DNA of 64,000 bases from an uncultured Lachnospiraceae bacterium (GTDB lineage Bacteria; Bacillota; Clostridia; Lachnospirales; Lachnospiraceae): NCBI GenBank assembly GCA_946549035.1, contig CAMNQH010000007.1, positions 7,739 to 71,738 on the forward strand, given 5' to 3'. Within the stretch, counting starts at the first letter, position 1. Every line of letters begins with the position of its first letter. The position numbers and the translations under genes are program-made. This document shows positions 26,836 to 35,013 of the stretch, piece after piece. The notes beneath the pieces were generated by a model, which made no database searches, was not told the origin of the DNA, and worked only from the letters and a program-made list of their open reading frames with translations.

Positions 26836-28662
26836 TTAACATTCCTCCTGATACCATTGGGCCTGCTGACGGAAAAAATCGGCGTAAATACCGTCTTTTT
26901 TTAACAATTCCTCATGAGTGCCCACTTCCTTTAACATTCCTTGGTCCAACAAAAATATCCGATCCGCCATCCGGGCAAACCCAATCCGATGGCTGATCAA
27001 AATAGAGGTGCGTCCTCTTATTTTTTTTCGAATATTTTCAAACTGCTCCAATTCGGCGATTGGGTCTAAGGCCGCCGCCGGTTCGTCAAATATCAAAATC
27101 TCCTTCTCGCTCATATGGGTACGAGAAACTGCAATTTTCTGCTGCTCGCCTCCGGATACATTAAGCCCCGTTTTTTTCACATCTTTTTTCAAGAGCTGCT
27201 CCAAACCATCCGGACATTTTTTCAGAAGAGAACTGCCGCCTCCCAGCTCCAGAGCCTTTTCAATCCGGGCGTCGTCCTTTAAATATTTTAAATTTCCAAA
27301 CCCTACATTTTCCCGTAAAGAAAGATGAAACAAATAAAAATTCTGAAAAAACATGCCGATTTGGTGATTGATACTTCCCTGGGGATACTCAGAGTAGGGC
27401 TTCCCGTAAAGCAGCAATTCTCCCCCATCCGGCCGGTAAAGGTCGATCAAAAGCTTCACCAGGGTGGATTTCCCGCTGCCATTTGCGCCTACTAAGGCAA
27501 TGGTTTCTCCTTTTTTTATTACAAAATTCAATCCATGCAAAACTTCCCTTTTGCCATCGTAAGAAAAATGAAGATCCCTTGCTTCAAATACATTCTCCGC
27601 CTCCTCCCGCCGGCTGGAAACCGTCTCTAAAATAGCTCTGTGGTCCAGCATCCTCTCATCTCCCAGGGGCACATTTGTCAAAAAACGGTGCTGAAGCTTT
27701 AAGGCGTCTAAGCCCCGGAGAGTTTCAAACAAAGCGGCGGAAAAGGTTTTATTCACATCAGAGAGACTTTCTCCCAATAAATAAAGCATCAAAAATACAT
27801 CCGCCTGGAGCTTTCCTGCCGCCACCTGCCAAACTGCAAACACAGACATTCCCAGTATAGCCAGATAAATGCAGGCGGCTACGAACACGGATAAGCGATG
27901 ACGGCCCATATCAAAATCCGTGTGAAACTGAAGTACTTCTCCATAAGCCTCCTTCCATTTTTGCAGCAGCTTGCTCTGGGTATGATAGATACGCATCTCC
28001 TTGGCAGCCCCGGGATTTTTCGCCTCCATGGTGTAATATTCCGATTTCGAACTCAGCTTAGAGCATTTCAATGTGTCCAGTACAAAATGGGAAGAAAGCC
28101 TGCAATTTAATATGACGGCCAATAGAAAGCATACGCCCGCCGTGATTCCCACAGGGAGGGACACAGAAAAAGCGACCCCTATCAGGGAAACGGCCGTAAC
28201 GCTTTTCATCACCGTAATACAGCCATGGCTCATTAAATCCGTCAACCCCCCGGTGCGGTAAAGGCAATAACGGTAATCCTCATAAAACTGTTGATCCATC
28301 AATGTTTTTACGTCTACTTTCTGAATGCAGTCCGCCAAATATTCCTGCATGCCAAAATAGTAGTTATCATACATTTGCACATAGAGAAACTGTCCGTTGA
28401 TTCGTCGGGACAGTCCGGTGAGAATCAGAAAAAATCCCAACGCCAATAATGGAATCACCACATCCCCAAAGCTTCCCTGTCCGGTGGAAAGAAAGTCTGA
28501 CAGCACTGCTACCGTCCGGCGGTTGCAGGCCAAGGAAGCGGATGGAAGGAACGCCAAAAGAGATCCAAACAAAATCCAAAACCAAAACACCTTCGGGCTG
28601 ATACGATAGGCAAGCCGGACAGACCAAAGCAGTACCACAAGATTCTCTTTTAATTTTTTCAT
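26836..28662 (-). CDS. ABC exporter, fused permease/ATP-binding subunit (first of pair)
   Basis: 608 aa. Walker A GANGSGKST, signature VSGGEQQK, Walker B IFDEP. Abuts the next gene with no gap. ATGA overlap with the LytTR gene. Confidence 0.9.
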   Translation of the reverse strand: MKKLKENLVVLLWSVRLAYRISPKVFWFWILFGSLLAFLPSASLACNRRTVAVLSDFLSTGQGSFGDVVIPLLALGFFLILTGLSRRINGQFLYVQMYDNYYFGMQEYLADCIQKVDVKTLMDQQFYEDYRYCLYRTGGLTDLMSHGCITVMKSVTAVSLIGVAFSVSLPVGITAGVCFLLAVILNCRLSSHFVLDTLKCSKLSSKSEYYTMEAKNPGAAKEMRIYHTQSKLLQKWKEAYGEVLQFHTDFDMGRHRLSVFVAACIYLAILGMSVFAVWQVAAGKLQADVFLMLYLLGESLSDVNKTFSAALFETLRGLDALKLQHRFLTNVPLGDERMLDHRAILETVSSRREEAENVFEARDLHFSYDGKREVLHGLNFVIKKGETIALVGANGSGKSTLVKLLIDLYRPDGGELLLYGKPYSEYPQGSINHQIGMFFQNFYLFHLSLRENVGFGNLKYLKDDARIEKALELGGGSSLLKKCPDGLEQLLKKDVKKTGLNVSGGEQQKIAVSRTHMSEKEILIFDEPAAALDPIAELEQFENIRKKIRGRTSILISHRIGFARMADRIFLLDQGMLKEVGTHEELLKKDGIYADFFRQQAQWYQEEC

Positions 28663-29396
28663 TCTGCATCATCCTCCTTCCCCTTTTGGTGAAACGTAAA
28701 CCCATAACGGCGAATCTGTTCCACTACATATGCCCGCCTTCCCCGGCTCACGGGGATCTGCGCACCGTTGGTAAGAGTCAATATTGCTCCCTCCAGCTTT
28801 TGAAAATAGCGCAGATTCACAAGATAAGCCGCATGGCAGCGCACTAGAGAGGTGCCTGCAAAAAGAGCTTCATGCTGCTTCATCTGCCGATAGCTTACAA
28901 TATCCTCCTGCCCCGTATGTATCAACGTGTGTTTCTTCTCTGTCTCAATATAGAGAATCTGGCGCAGGTAAATTTTATAAATGCCGCTTTTGTTTTCCTC
29001 CAAAATGCAGAGGGCTTCTGCATGGTCTTTTTCCTCCAAGGCTCTTGTCAGCTCCCTGCAGAATTTCGCGTAGCTTAAGGGTTTCAGCAAATAATTGTCC
29101 ACCCCCGCCTCATAGGCTTCCAGCACATAAGACAAAACCGTGGTTAAAAAGACAATCCGCACCCGCAGATCCTGCTGCCGGATGCGCTCCGCAATGGCAA
29201 GGCCATTCATTTTTCGGAAAGGAATTTCCAAAAATACAAGATCCAAATCCAGCATATAATTTTTCAATAGCTTTTCTCCGCTGCTGTAGCTTAGAAGCTG
29301 TAAATGAGTTCCGGTTTCCCGGCAATACCGTTCTGCAAATCCGGTTAAGAGGCTTCGTACAGACGTCTCCGAGTCACAGATACCGATTACTAGCAT
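28659..29396 (-). CDS. LytTR-family response regulator
   Basis: 245 aa from ATG 29396 (MLVIGICDSE...). Receiver domain (LDLVFLEIPFRKMNG) plus a C-terminal LytTR DNA-binding domain (ILYIETEKKHTLIHT...RCHAAYLVNL). No kinase gene adjacent. Confidence 0.85.
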   Translation of the reverse strand: MLVIGICDSETSVRSLLTGFAERYCRETGTHLQLLSYSSGEKLLKNYMLDLDLVFLEIPFRKMNGLAIAERIRQQDLRVRIVFLTTVLSYVLEAYEAGVDNYLLKPLSYAKFCRELTRALEEKDHAEALCILEENKSGIYKIYLRQILYIETEKKHTLIHTGQEDIVSYRQMKQHEALFAGTSLVRCHAAYLVNLRYFQKLEGAILTLTNGAQIPVSRGRRAYVVEQIRRYGFTFHQKGKEDDAE

Positions 29397-29679
29397 GGGA
29401 GGAGGCTCCTTTCTCACAATTTTAACGGTAAATATCTTAGGGCGTTGGATACGGACAGCCCCAAATGGTCTGCACATGGAAATCACGGGCAGCCTTGTTG
29501 TGGTACAAGTATACGAAAAATGGGTAGGGATGTAAAGATTGTGGGAATAGTTGGACGTTTCCAGAGGATAATCTGAAATGCTGGTCTATCTTATAAACTG
29601 GCATAAAATGGATAATTCCCATTTTTAATATTAAAAAAGTGATAAAATGGATAAAAATTGTTTAAATCTTCTTTATAAG

Positions 29680-29688
29680 TGGTATAAT
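29680..29688 (+). promoter_or_regulatory. extended -10 (TGGTATAAT) for the two-gene AT-rich island
   Basis: TGgTATAAT lies 27 nt upstream of ATG 29715. Preceded by two copies of ATAAAATGGATAA (29603-29615 and 29642-29654). Confidence 0.4.
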
Positions 29689-29714
29689 AGATAAAAATGA
29701 GAAAGGAGCCCATA

Positions 29715-30911
29715 ATGAAAAAATTAAAAGCAGAGGATGTTTTCAGACCGGGAGCATTTCCAGAATATACCTATATCTCACGCAAATCTGCCGTTTCAGA
29801 TCTGCCCTATGAATTTCGTTTGATGCAGGCTATTAAGGTTTCTGGCTTTTTGACTTCCTTAGTAGGACCCTCGAAAATGGGAAAAACCATTTTATGCGAA
29901 AAAGTAATCGGTTTTGAACATATTGTGGAAGTTTCAGGCGCAGACTTTGACGACGAAACAGATTTCTGGAAAGTCGTCGCTGCAAAAGCCGGTTTGGCTT
30001 ATGAGGGACAATTTTCTTCTGAAAAAACAATTGCTGAAACCAGTGATAAATATTCTAAAAAAGAAACCTATTCTTTAACAAAGGATAAAATTATTACGTT
30101 TTATAAAAATGAAAATTTAGTCCTGGTGATAGACGACTTTCATTATGCACCTGAAAAAAAGCGTATGCAAATCGCACAGCAATTAAAAGACGCAATTCGC
30201 AGAGGTTTTAAAGCAATTGTGATTTCCCTCCCTCACAGAGCAGATGAAGCAATTCGCCGAAATGCTGATCTTTCAGGACGTTTAAGCATGATCAACATGG
30301 ATGCCTGGGAAGTAAATGATTTATCGCAAATTGCAAAAATAGGTTTTGAGAAACTTGGTATCAACATTGAAAATCACGTAGCGGAACAAATCGCAATAGA
30401 AAGTTTATCTTCCCCCCAATTAATGCAATACATTTGTTTAAATATTTGCACGATCCTGGAAATGTCTGGAAAAAATGACAAATGCGTAAAACAAGAGATT
30501 TTAAAGACAGCATATCACTATACAACTGCGAACTTTGAATACGGTGATGTGGTATCTCTTATGAAAAAAGGTCCAAACATGAGAGGGAAAAGCAGAAATC
30601 ATTTTCCCGTGGAAGATGGAACGGAATGTGATATCTATGAATTAATTGTAAAGTCTATTGCAGAAAATCCGCCGATCATGAAATTGAAATTTGAGGATGT
30701 GAAAGAGCGTATTTATCACTTAATCGCAGACGACTACAAAAAACCAACTCCTCAAGCCATCAAAGAAAGTTTAACTAAATTACAGGAATTGCTGGATGGC
30801 CGAGAAGACATATTTAAAGTTCTTGACTGGAAAGATGGGGTGTTATATATTTTAGATCCTTTGTTTTTATTTTATTTACGGTGGGGAGGAGAAAGCAGAA
30901 AAGATGTTTGA
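29715..30911 (+). CDS. P-loop NTPase, AAA/ORC-Cdc6-like architecture (island gene A)
   Basis: 398 aa from ATG 29715 (AAAGGAG ribosome-binding site 7 nt upstream). Walker A LVGPSKMGKTIL and Walker B LVLVIDDFHY. An alpha-helical and probable winged-helix C-terminal half. AT-rich codon usage. Confidence 0.75.
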   Translation: MKKLKAEDVFRPGAFPEYTYISRKSAVSDLPYEFRLMQAIKVSGFLTSLVGPSKMGKTILCEKVIGFEHIVEVSGADFDDETDFWKVVAAKAGLAYEGQFSSEKTIAETSDKYSKKETYSLTKDKIITFYKNENLVLVIDDFHYAPEKKRMQIAQQLKDAIRRGFKAIVISLPHRADEAIRRNADLSGRLSMINMDAWEVNDLSQIAKIGFEKLGINIENHVAEQIAIESLSSPQLMQYICLNICTILEMSGKNDKCVKQEILKTAYHYTTANFEYGDVVSLMKKGPNMRGKSRNHFPVEDGTECDIYELIVKSIAENPPIMKLKFEDVKERIYHLIADDYKKPTPQAIKESLTKLQELLDGREDIFKVLDWKDGVLYILDPLFLFYLRWGGESRKDV

Positions 30912-31635
30912 TGATACCACTTGTTTACAAGAAGCTATAAAAAAACTGGAACAGGCACAGGACAGTTACTCATTTCAAACGGCAGTAAATGTATTAGAGA
31001 ATCATATGAAAGAAATAGGGTTAGATTCACTCTACCTCATCGGTTTAAAGCAAAGAGCATATTATTTTCAAAACGACTATTCTGACAAAGATACAAAATC
31101 AAAAATGATGGAAGCCAAAATGCGTGTAATGCAATATATAAATGAGATGATAAATACAGACAGAAGTGAGAACCTGCTGCCAAATATATTGGAAAATTTT
31201 TATCTATTTCTGGAAAACCTGATTGAGAGAATCCCACATAAGCGCGGCGGCATTCAACCCAAGCAACTAGAAGGATTAAAAGTAAAAAACGAATATGATG
31301 TCCAGCATTTATTATATGCATTCCTAAAGCCCCTCTATCCTATGGCACGTACAGAAGTAAGTGAAGACACCGGGTATGGCACGGTCAGGGCAGACATTTT
31401 ATTGGATTTGGAACACACAATTGAAGTAAAATGTACAAGAAAAGGAATGTCATTAAAAAAACTAATAGAAGAAATTGAAGCAGATATGATTCACTATGAT
31501 GCAAAAAATATTTATTTTTTTATTTATGATAAAGAAAAAATCATTGAAAATCCCGCTATTTTTAAGAAAACCTATGAGAACAAAATAGCAGAAAAACAAA
31601 TACATATAATCCTCCATCAGCCTAAGCTATTATAA
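30904..31635 (+). CDS. PD-(D/E)xK nuclease-like protein (island gene B)
   Basis: 243 aa. The ATG overlaps gene A's stop (ATGTTTGA, 8 nt). The C-terminal half reads helix(NEYDVQHLLYAFL)-strand-RADILLD-HTIEVKC-helix-IYFFIYD. This fits the alpha-beta-beta-beta-alpha-beta restriction-endonuclease core with D...ExK. Confidence 0.6.
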   Translation: MFDDTTCLQEAIKKLEQAQDSYSFQTAVNVLENHMKEIGLDSLYLIGLKQRAYYFQNDYSDKDTKSKMMEAKMRVMQYINEMINTDRSENLLPNILENFYLFLENLIERIPHKRGGIQPKQLEGLKVKNEYDVQHLLYAFLKPLYPMARTEVSEDTGYGTVRADILLDLEHTIEVKCTRKGMSLKKLIEEIEADMIHYDAKNIYFFIYDKEKIIENPAIFKKTYENKIAEKQIHIILHQPKLL

Positions 31636-31645
31636 AAACCCCTTT

Positions 31646-32422
31646 TCACCTCTTCTCCAAGTCCTCCGGCATCGCCTCCTTACTGCGATTATAATACTGC
31701 ATGGGACTAAGCCCCGTATTCTTTTTAAACAATCGGGAGAAATAATACGGATCCTCAAATCCGCAGCTTCTGGCAATCTCCTCCACCGTCATAATCGCCT
31801 TATTTTGGAGAAGCTGCTGCTTGGCCAGTTGGATTTTCAATTTATTATAATACTGCAAAGGAGAACAGCCGCATTGCTCTTTAAACAATTTACGGAAATG
31901 ATTGGGGGAATAAGAGGTCCCCTCTATTAATTCTGCCAAATTAAAATGAAGATCGCCCACATGAGCAGCCATCACATTCTGGACATATAAAACCTCTTTA
32001 TTTTTGCCTATATCATCCTTCCAATGACACAGAAGATTCTGCATTGCATCTAAAATAGAGCGCAAAAAACGCTCCCCGTAAGTATCCGTCGCAGGATTCA
32101 TGGGATATTCAAAGGCCAGCTTAAATAATAGATAAAAAGACTGGCGCTCATCATCCTGAAAGACTAAAACATTCTCATTCTGAGAATCAAAACAAAAATC
32201 CCCCACCAGAACGCTTCCATCTACAAACCCCTCTTCTGATTTTTTGCTGTGAACACTGCCGGGACGGATGCAAAAAATCGTCCCTGGACAAAATTCATAC
32301 TCCCGGCCGTCTACAACGGCGGTTCCTCTTCCTTCTATGTTCAGCAGCACCTCCCAAAAATCATGGCGGTGGGGAGGATATTCATAAAACCGCTTATTTT
32401 GGCTCATCACAAAAAAATTCAT
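31646..32422 (-). CDS. AraC-family transcriptional regulator (cupin + HTH)
   Basis: 258 aa. N-terminal cupin-like domain (HRHDFWEVLLNIEGRG). C-terminal double HTH (SPNHFRKLFKEQCGCSPLQYYNKLK...IARSCGFEDPYYFSRLFKKNTGLSPMQY). Confidence 0.9.
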   Translation of the reverse strand: MNFFVMSQNKRFYEYPPHRHDFWEVLLNIEGRGTAVVDGREYEFCPGTIFCIRPGSVHSKKSEEGFVDGSVLVGDFCFDSQNENVLVFQDDERQSFYLLFKLAFEYPMNPATDTYGERFLRSILDAMQNLLCHWKDDIGKNKEVLYVQNVMAAHVGDLHFNLAELIEGTSYSPNHFRKLFKEQCGCSPLQYYNKLKIQLAKQQLLQNKAIMTVEEIARSCGFEDPYYFSRLFKKNTGLSPMQYYNRSKEAMPEDLEKR

Positions 32423-32591
32423 GTCCTGCTCCTATCTATCCTATGTTCTGTTCCCTACCGGATTCATATGCCCTCTCTGAAATTATATCCGGAAATCGTA
32501 ATTTTGTCCATCTTTCTCTTTGTTTCCTGCATGGATTTTCCCCTGACGCTCCCTTATAATAATCTTATCATATCACACGGGAGGTAAGAAT

Positions 32592-33500
32592 ATGGACACC
32601 AAATTAGGACATCCCAGAAGAGGCATTTGCTTATACAGCTATCACAATCTTTTGGGAAAATCAATGACGCTGGAAGATGCTTTTCTGGAAATGTATGACA
32701 CCGGGGCTTCATGCTTCGAATTTCTCACAAGCTACATCCCCAATTACCCCAATCCCACGCCGGAGTGGATTGACAAATACTGGAGACTTTGCGACAAATA
32801 TAAGCTGCAGCCCTCCGAGCTGGGCCATTGGGCGGAAAACCATCTTCATAGAGGCCCGGGCATGACAGACGACGACGTAGTAGAGGAATTGAAGCAGGAT
32901 TTCCGCCTGGCAAACCTCTTAGGCTTTAAGGCCCTCCGCACCAAAATCACTTGCACCAACGTCCTCTGCGATCCGGAGCCCGGCTGGCAGAGCTATATCG
33001 AAAAAGCCCTTCCCTACGCTGAGAAATATGACGTCCGTATGCAGAACGAGGTGCATCTTCCCACGACGCTTCACACCCCGCATATCAAGGATGAATATCT
33101 TGATTTCATCCATCGCACTAAGACAGAGCATTTTGGTTTCAATATTGACTTCGGTACATTCCAATACAGGGCTGCAAAGGGAATGGAAGACATGCCTATG
33201 TGCCATTTCGAGGACATTACCAAGCCGGAAGAAATTGTGGATTTCCTTCCCTACAGCTACGCATGTCACGCCAAATTCACCTATGTCAATGAAAATTTCG
33301 TAGAGGAAACAATCCCCTATCCTGAAGTCATCAAGCTGATGATTGACAATGGCTGGAGCGGAGACTTGCTTTCGGAATATGAAGGAGCCATCCGTTTCTT
33401 CGCAGAAGAAGGCCCCGCACAATTCGGACAGGCGATGGTTGAGATTCCGGAACAAGTACGCCGCCATCAAATCATGCTTCGCAACATATTAGGATACTAA
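32592..33500 (+). CDS. xylose-isomerase-like TIM-barrel protein (sugar phosphate isomerase/epimerase superfamily); candidate C-glycoside deglycosidase alpha-like subunit
   Basis: 302 aa with a GGGAGG ribosome-binding site. The general pattern of the AP-endonuclease-2/xylose-isomerase-like barrel is present (FEFL..., LGFKALRTKI, EVHLPT, FGFNIDFGT). Specific function is inferred from the partner gene. Confidence 0.6.
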   Translation: MDTKLGHPRRGICLYSYHNLLGKSMTLEDAFLEMYDTGASCFEFLTSYIPNYPNPTPEWIDKYWRLCDKYKLQPSELGHWAENHLHRGPGMTDDDVVEELKQDFRLANLLGFKALRTKITCTNVLCDPEPGWQSYIEKALPYAEKYDVRMQNEVHLPTTLHTPHIKDEYLDFIHRTKTEHFGFNIDFGTFQYRAAKGMEDMPMCHFEDITKPEEIVDFLPYSYACHAKFTYVNENFVEETIPYPEVIKLMIDNGWSGDLLSEYEGAIRFFAEEGPAQFGQAMVEIPEQVRRHQIMLRNILGY

Positions 33501-33515
33501 AAGGAGGGTATGACA

Positions 33516-33953
33516 ATGGTAGAATTTCAGACAATTCAACAGCGGGGGTTTCATAACACCTATGATGAAAACGGAGAAATCGACGGATTTGAATTCCGTT
33601 TTGTTCCCAAATATTACAAAGGATATTGGTTTACCCAATGCCGTTTCGGAAATGTAACCGTTGACGGCGAAGTTTTTGACCGGGACAGCCTCATTTTTGA
33701 ATATGATGGGATCGAATACACCAGAGAAGAAATGTTTGACCTGAATAAATACTGGCAGTTCCGGGAACCCCTGATCTACAAAATAAAAAAGAAGGGCGGC
33801 CTTTCCATCGGTTATCACGACGTAAGTCTGCAGTTTGGCTGGGTATTGAATTACAACGGCTCCTTAGAAGCCGAACCGGACGGAAGCGGCCTGGGAAATA
33901 TGGCCCATATGTTTGGTGTGGATCATCAAAGGAAGATGCTGCTTTGCAGATAA
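33516..33953 (+). CDS. small beta-rich protein resembling DUF6379 / C-glycoside deglycosidase beta subunit
   Basis: 145 aa from ATG 33516 (AAGGAGGG 7 nt upstream; the track's ATG 33510 is too close to the ribosome-binding site). GFEFRFVPKYYKGYWFTQCRFGNVTVDGEVF...IEYTREEM resembles what I recall of the beta subunits that pair with TIM-barrel alpha subunits. Confidence 0.5.
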   Translation: MVEFQTIQQRGFHNTYDENGEIDGFEFRFVPKYYKGYWFTQCRFGNVTVDGEVFDRDSLIFEYDGIEYTREEMFDLNKYWQFREPLIYKIKKKGGLSIGYHDVSLQFGWVLNYNGSLEAEPDGSGLGNMAHMFGVDHQRKMLLCR

Positions 33954-33956
33954 AAA

Positions 33957-33987
33957 AAGAATCCGGCTCTGCCGGATTCTTCGTTTT
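33957..33987 (+). terminator. rho-independent terminator
   Basis: AAGAATCCGGC-tct-GCCGGATTCTT followed by CGTTTT. Sits between convergent genes. Confidence 0.75.
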
Positions 33988-34020
33988 AGAGTCGATATCC
34001 TGATTTATTTTCTCGTTTTT

Positions 34021-35013
34021 CTATTCCGTTCCTCCACTTTCCCCTGTCTTCTGATTACGGGCAGCTTCCACGCCCACATTTGCAAACCGTTTGGCCATAA
34101 ACCCAGTGAAGGCTACAGCCGCCAAAAGCACAAGTCCTCGTACCAACTGGGTAACCGCCCCGCTTGTGCCGCACAGCACAAGGCCGTTTTCCAGCATAAT
34201 AATGGTAGGCGCTCCAAATATCAATTTATAGACCTTAGAACCTACGCCGCCCTGCACCGGTACACCGGCAATAAACAACGCCATCATTACTTTCATTTCA
34301 AAGCCCGTTCCGATGGTATTGTTGGTGCCTCCAAGACGGGCCACCATGTAAATCCCCGCGATTGCAGCCATAAGCCCGGATACGGCAAAAGCCGCAATCT
34401 TAATCACATCCACATCAACGCCCACATGCCTCACAGCCGTCTCATTTTCTCCAATATCCCTTACAAAGACGCCAAAGCGCGTATAATGGAATACATATAC
34501 AATCACCGCAACCATCACAATCACGGACACAATCTTAAAGGCAAAGTTGTCAATGAAGCGCAGGGAATCCGGCAGATAAAAGGAGGTATTGCTCAACACC
34601 AGATTCGCAACGGCACGATAAGCCATCATAAGCGCAAGAGACGCCATAAAAGAGGACACTTTCCGCTTGGCGTTAATGTAGCCCAGCAACAAGCCGGAGC
34701 CAATTCCAATCCCCAGGGCAATAGGAATCAACAGAAAATCATTCACATTAGTGGATGCCATCAAGCCAAAGCAGCCTACCAGAGCCACAATCACACCGCA
34801 GCTAATATCTGTAGACCCCATAGCGGCCACAAACAACATTCCCAGGCCGGCAATAATAATCGCTACTGACTGATTGAAAATATTCATAAGATTCGTCGCT
34901 CCGAATAAAGCCCCCTTCGTCCCAATCCCAAAAATCACTGCAATCAGGACGAAGATAATGATTGGAAGCCATGTGTTAATCTGAAAGTTCATCTTTTTTG
35001 ACCTTGTCATCAC
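34021..35013 (-). CDS. sugar ABC transporter permease (RbsC/branched-type family)
   Basis: 330 aa, about 8-10 hydrophobic spans. Coupled to the ATPase gene by a 4-nt overlap. Confidence 0.85.
   Translation of the reverse strand: MMTRSKKMNFQINTWLPIIIFVLIAVIFGIGTKGALFGATNLMNIFNQSVAIIIAGLGMLFVAAMGSTDISCGVIVALVGCFGLMASTNVNDFLLIPIALGIGIGSGLLLGYINAKRKVSSFMASLALMMAYRAVANLVLSNTSFYLPDSLRFIDNFAFKIVSVIVMVAVIVYVFHYTRFGVFVRDIGENETAVRHVGVDVDVIKIAAFAVSGLMAAIAGIYMVARLGGTNNTIGTGFEMKVMMALFIAGVPVQGGVGSKVYKLIFGAPTIIMLENGLVLCGTSGAVTQLVRGLVLLAAVAFTGFMAKRFANVGVEAARNQKTGESGGTE

Noticed and set aside
29490-31645. Whether the AT-rich island is a transposon, prophage remnant, toxin-antitoxin pair or restriction-modification system.
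   Set aside because: I saw no transposase or integrase, no terminal inverted or direct repeats at the borders, no methyltransferase motifs, and protein sizes far above typical TA modules. It is kept as a candidate defence pair instead.
33913-34869. 318-aa plus-strand ORF rich in H/N/R/K.
   Set aside because: It is antisense to a well-formed ABC permease gene, and its composition is typical of a shadow frame.
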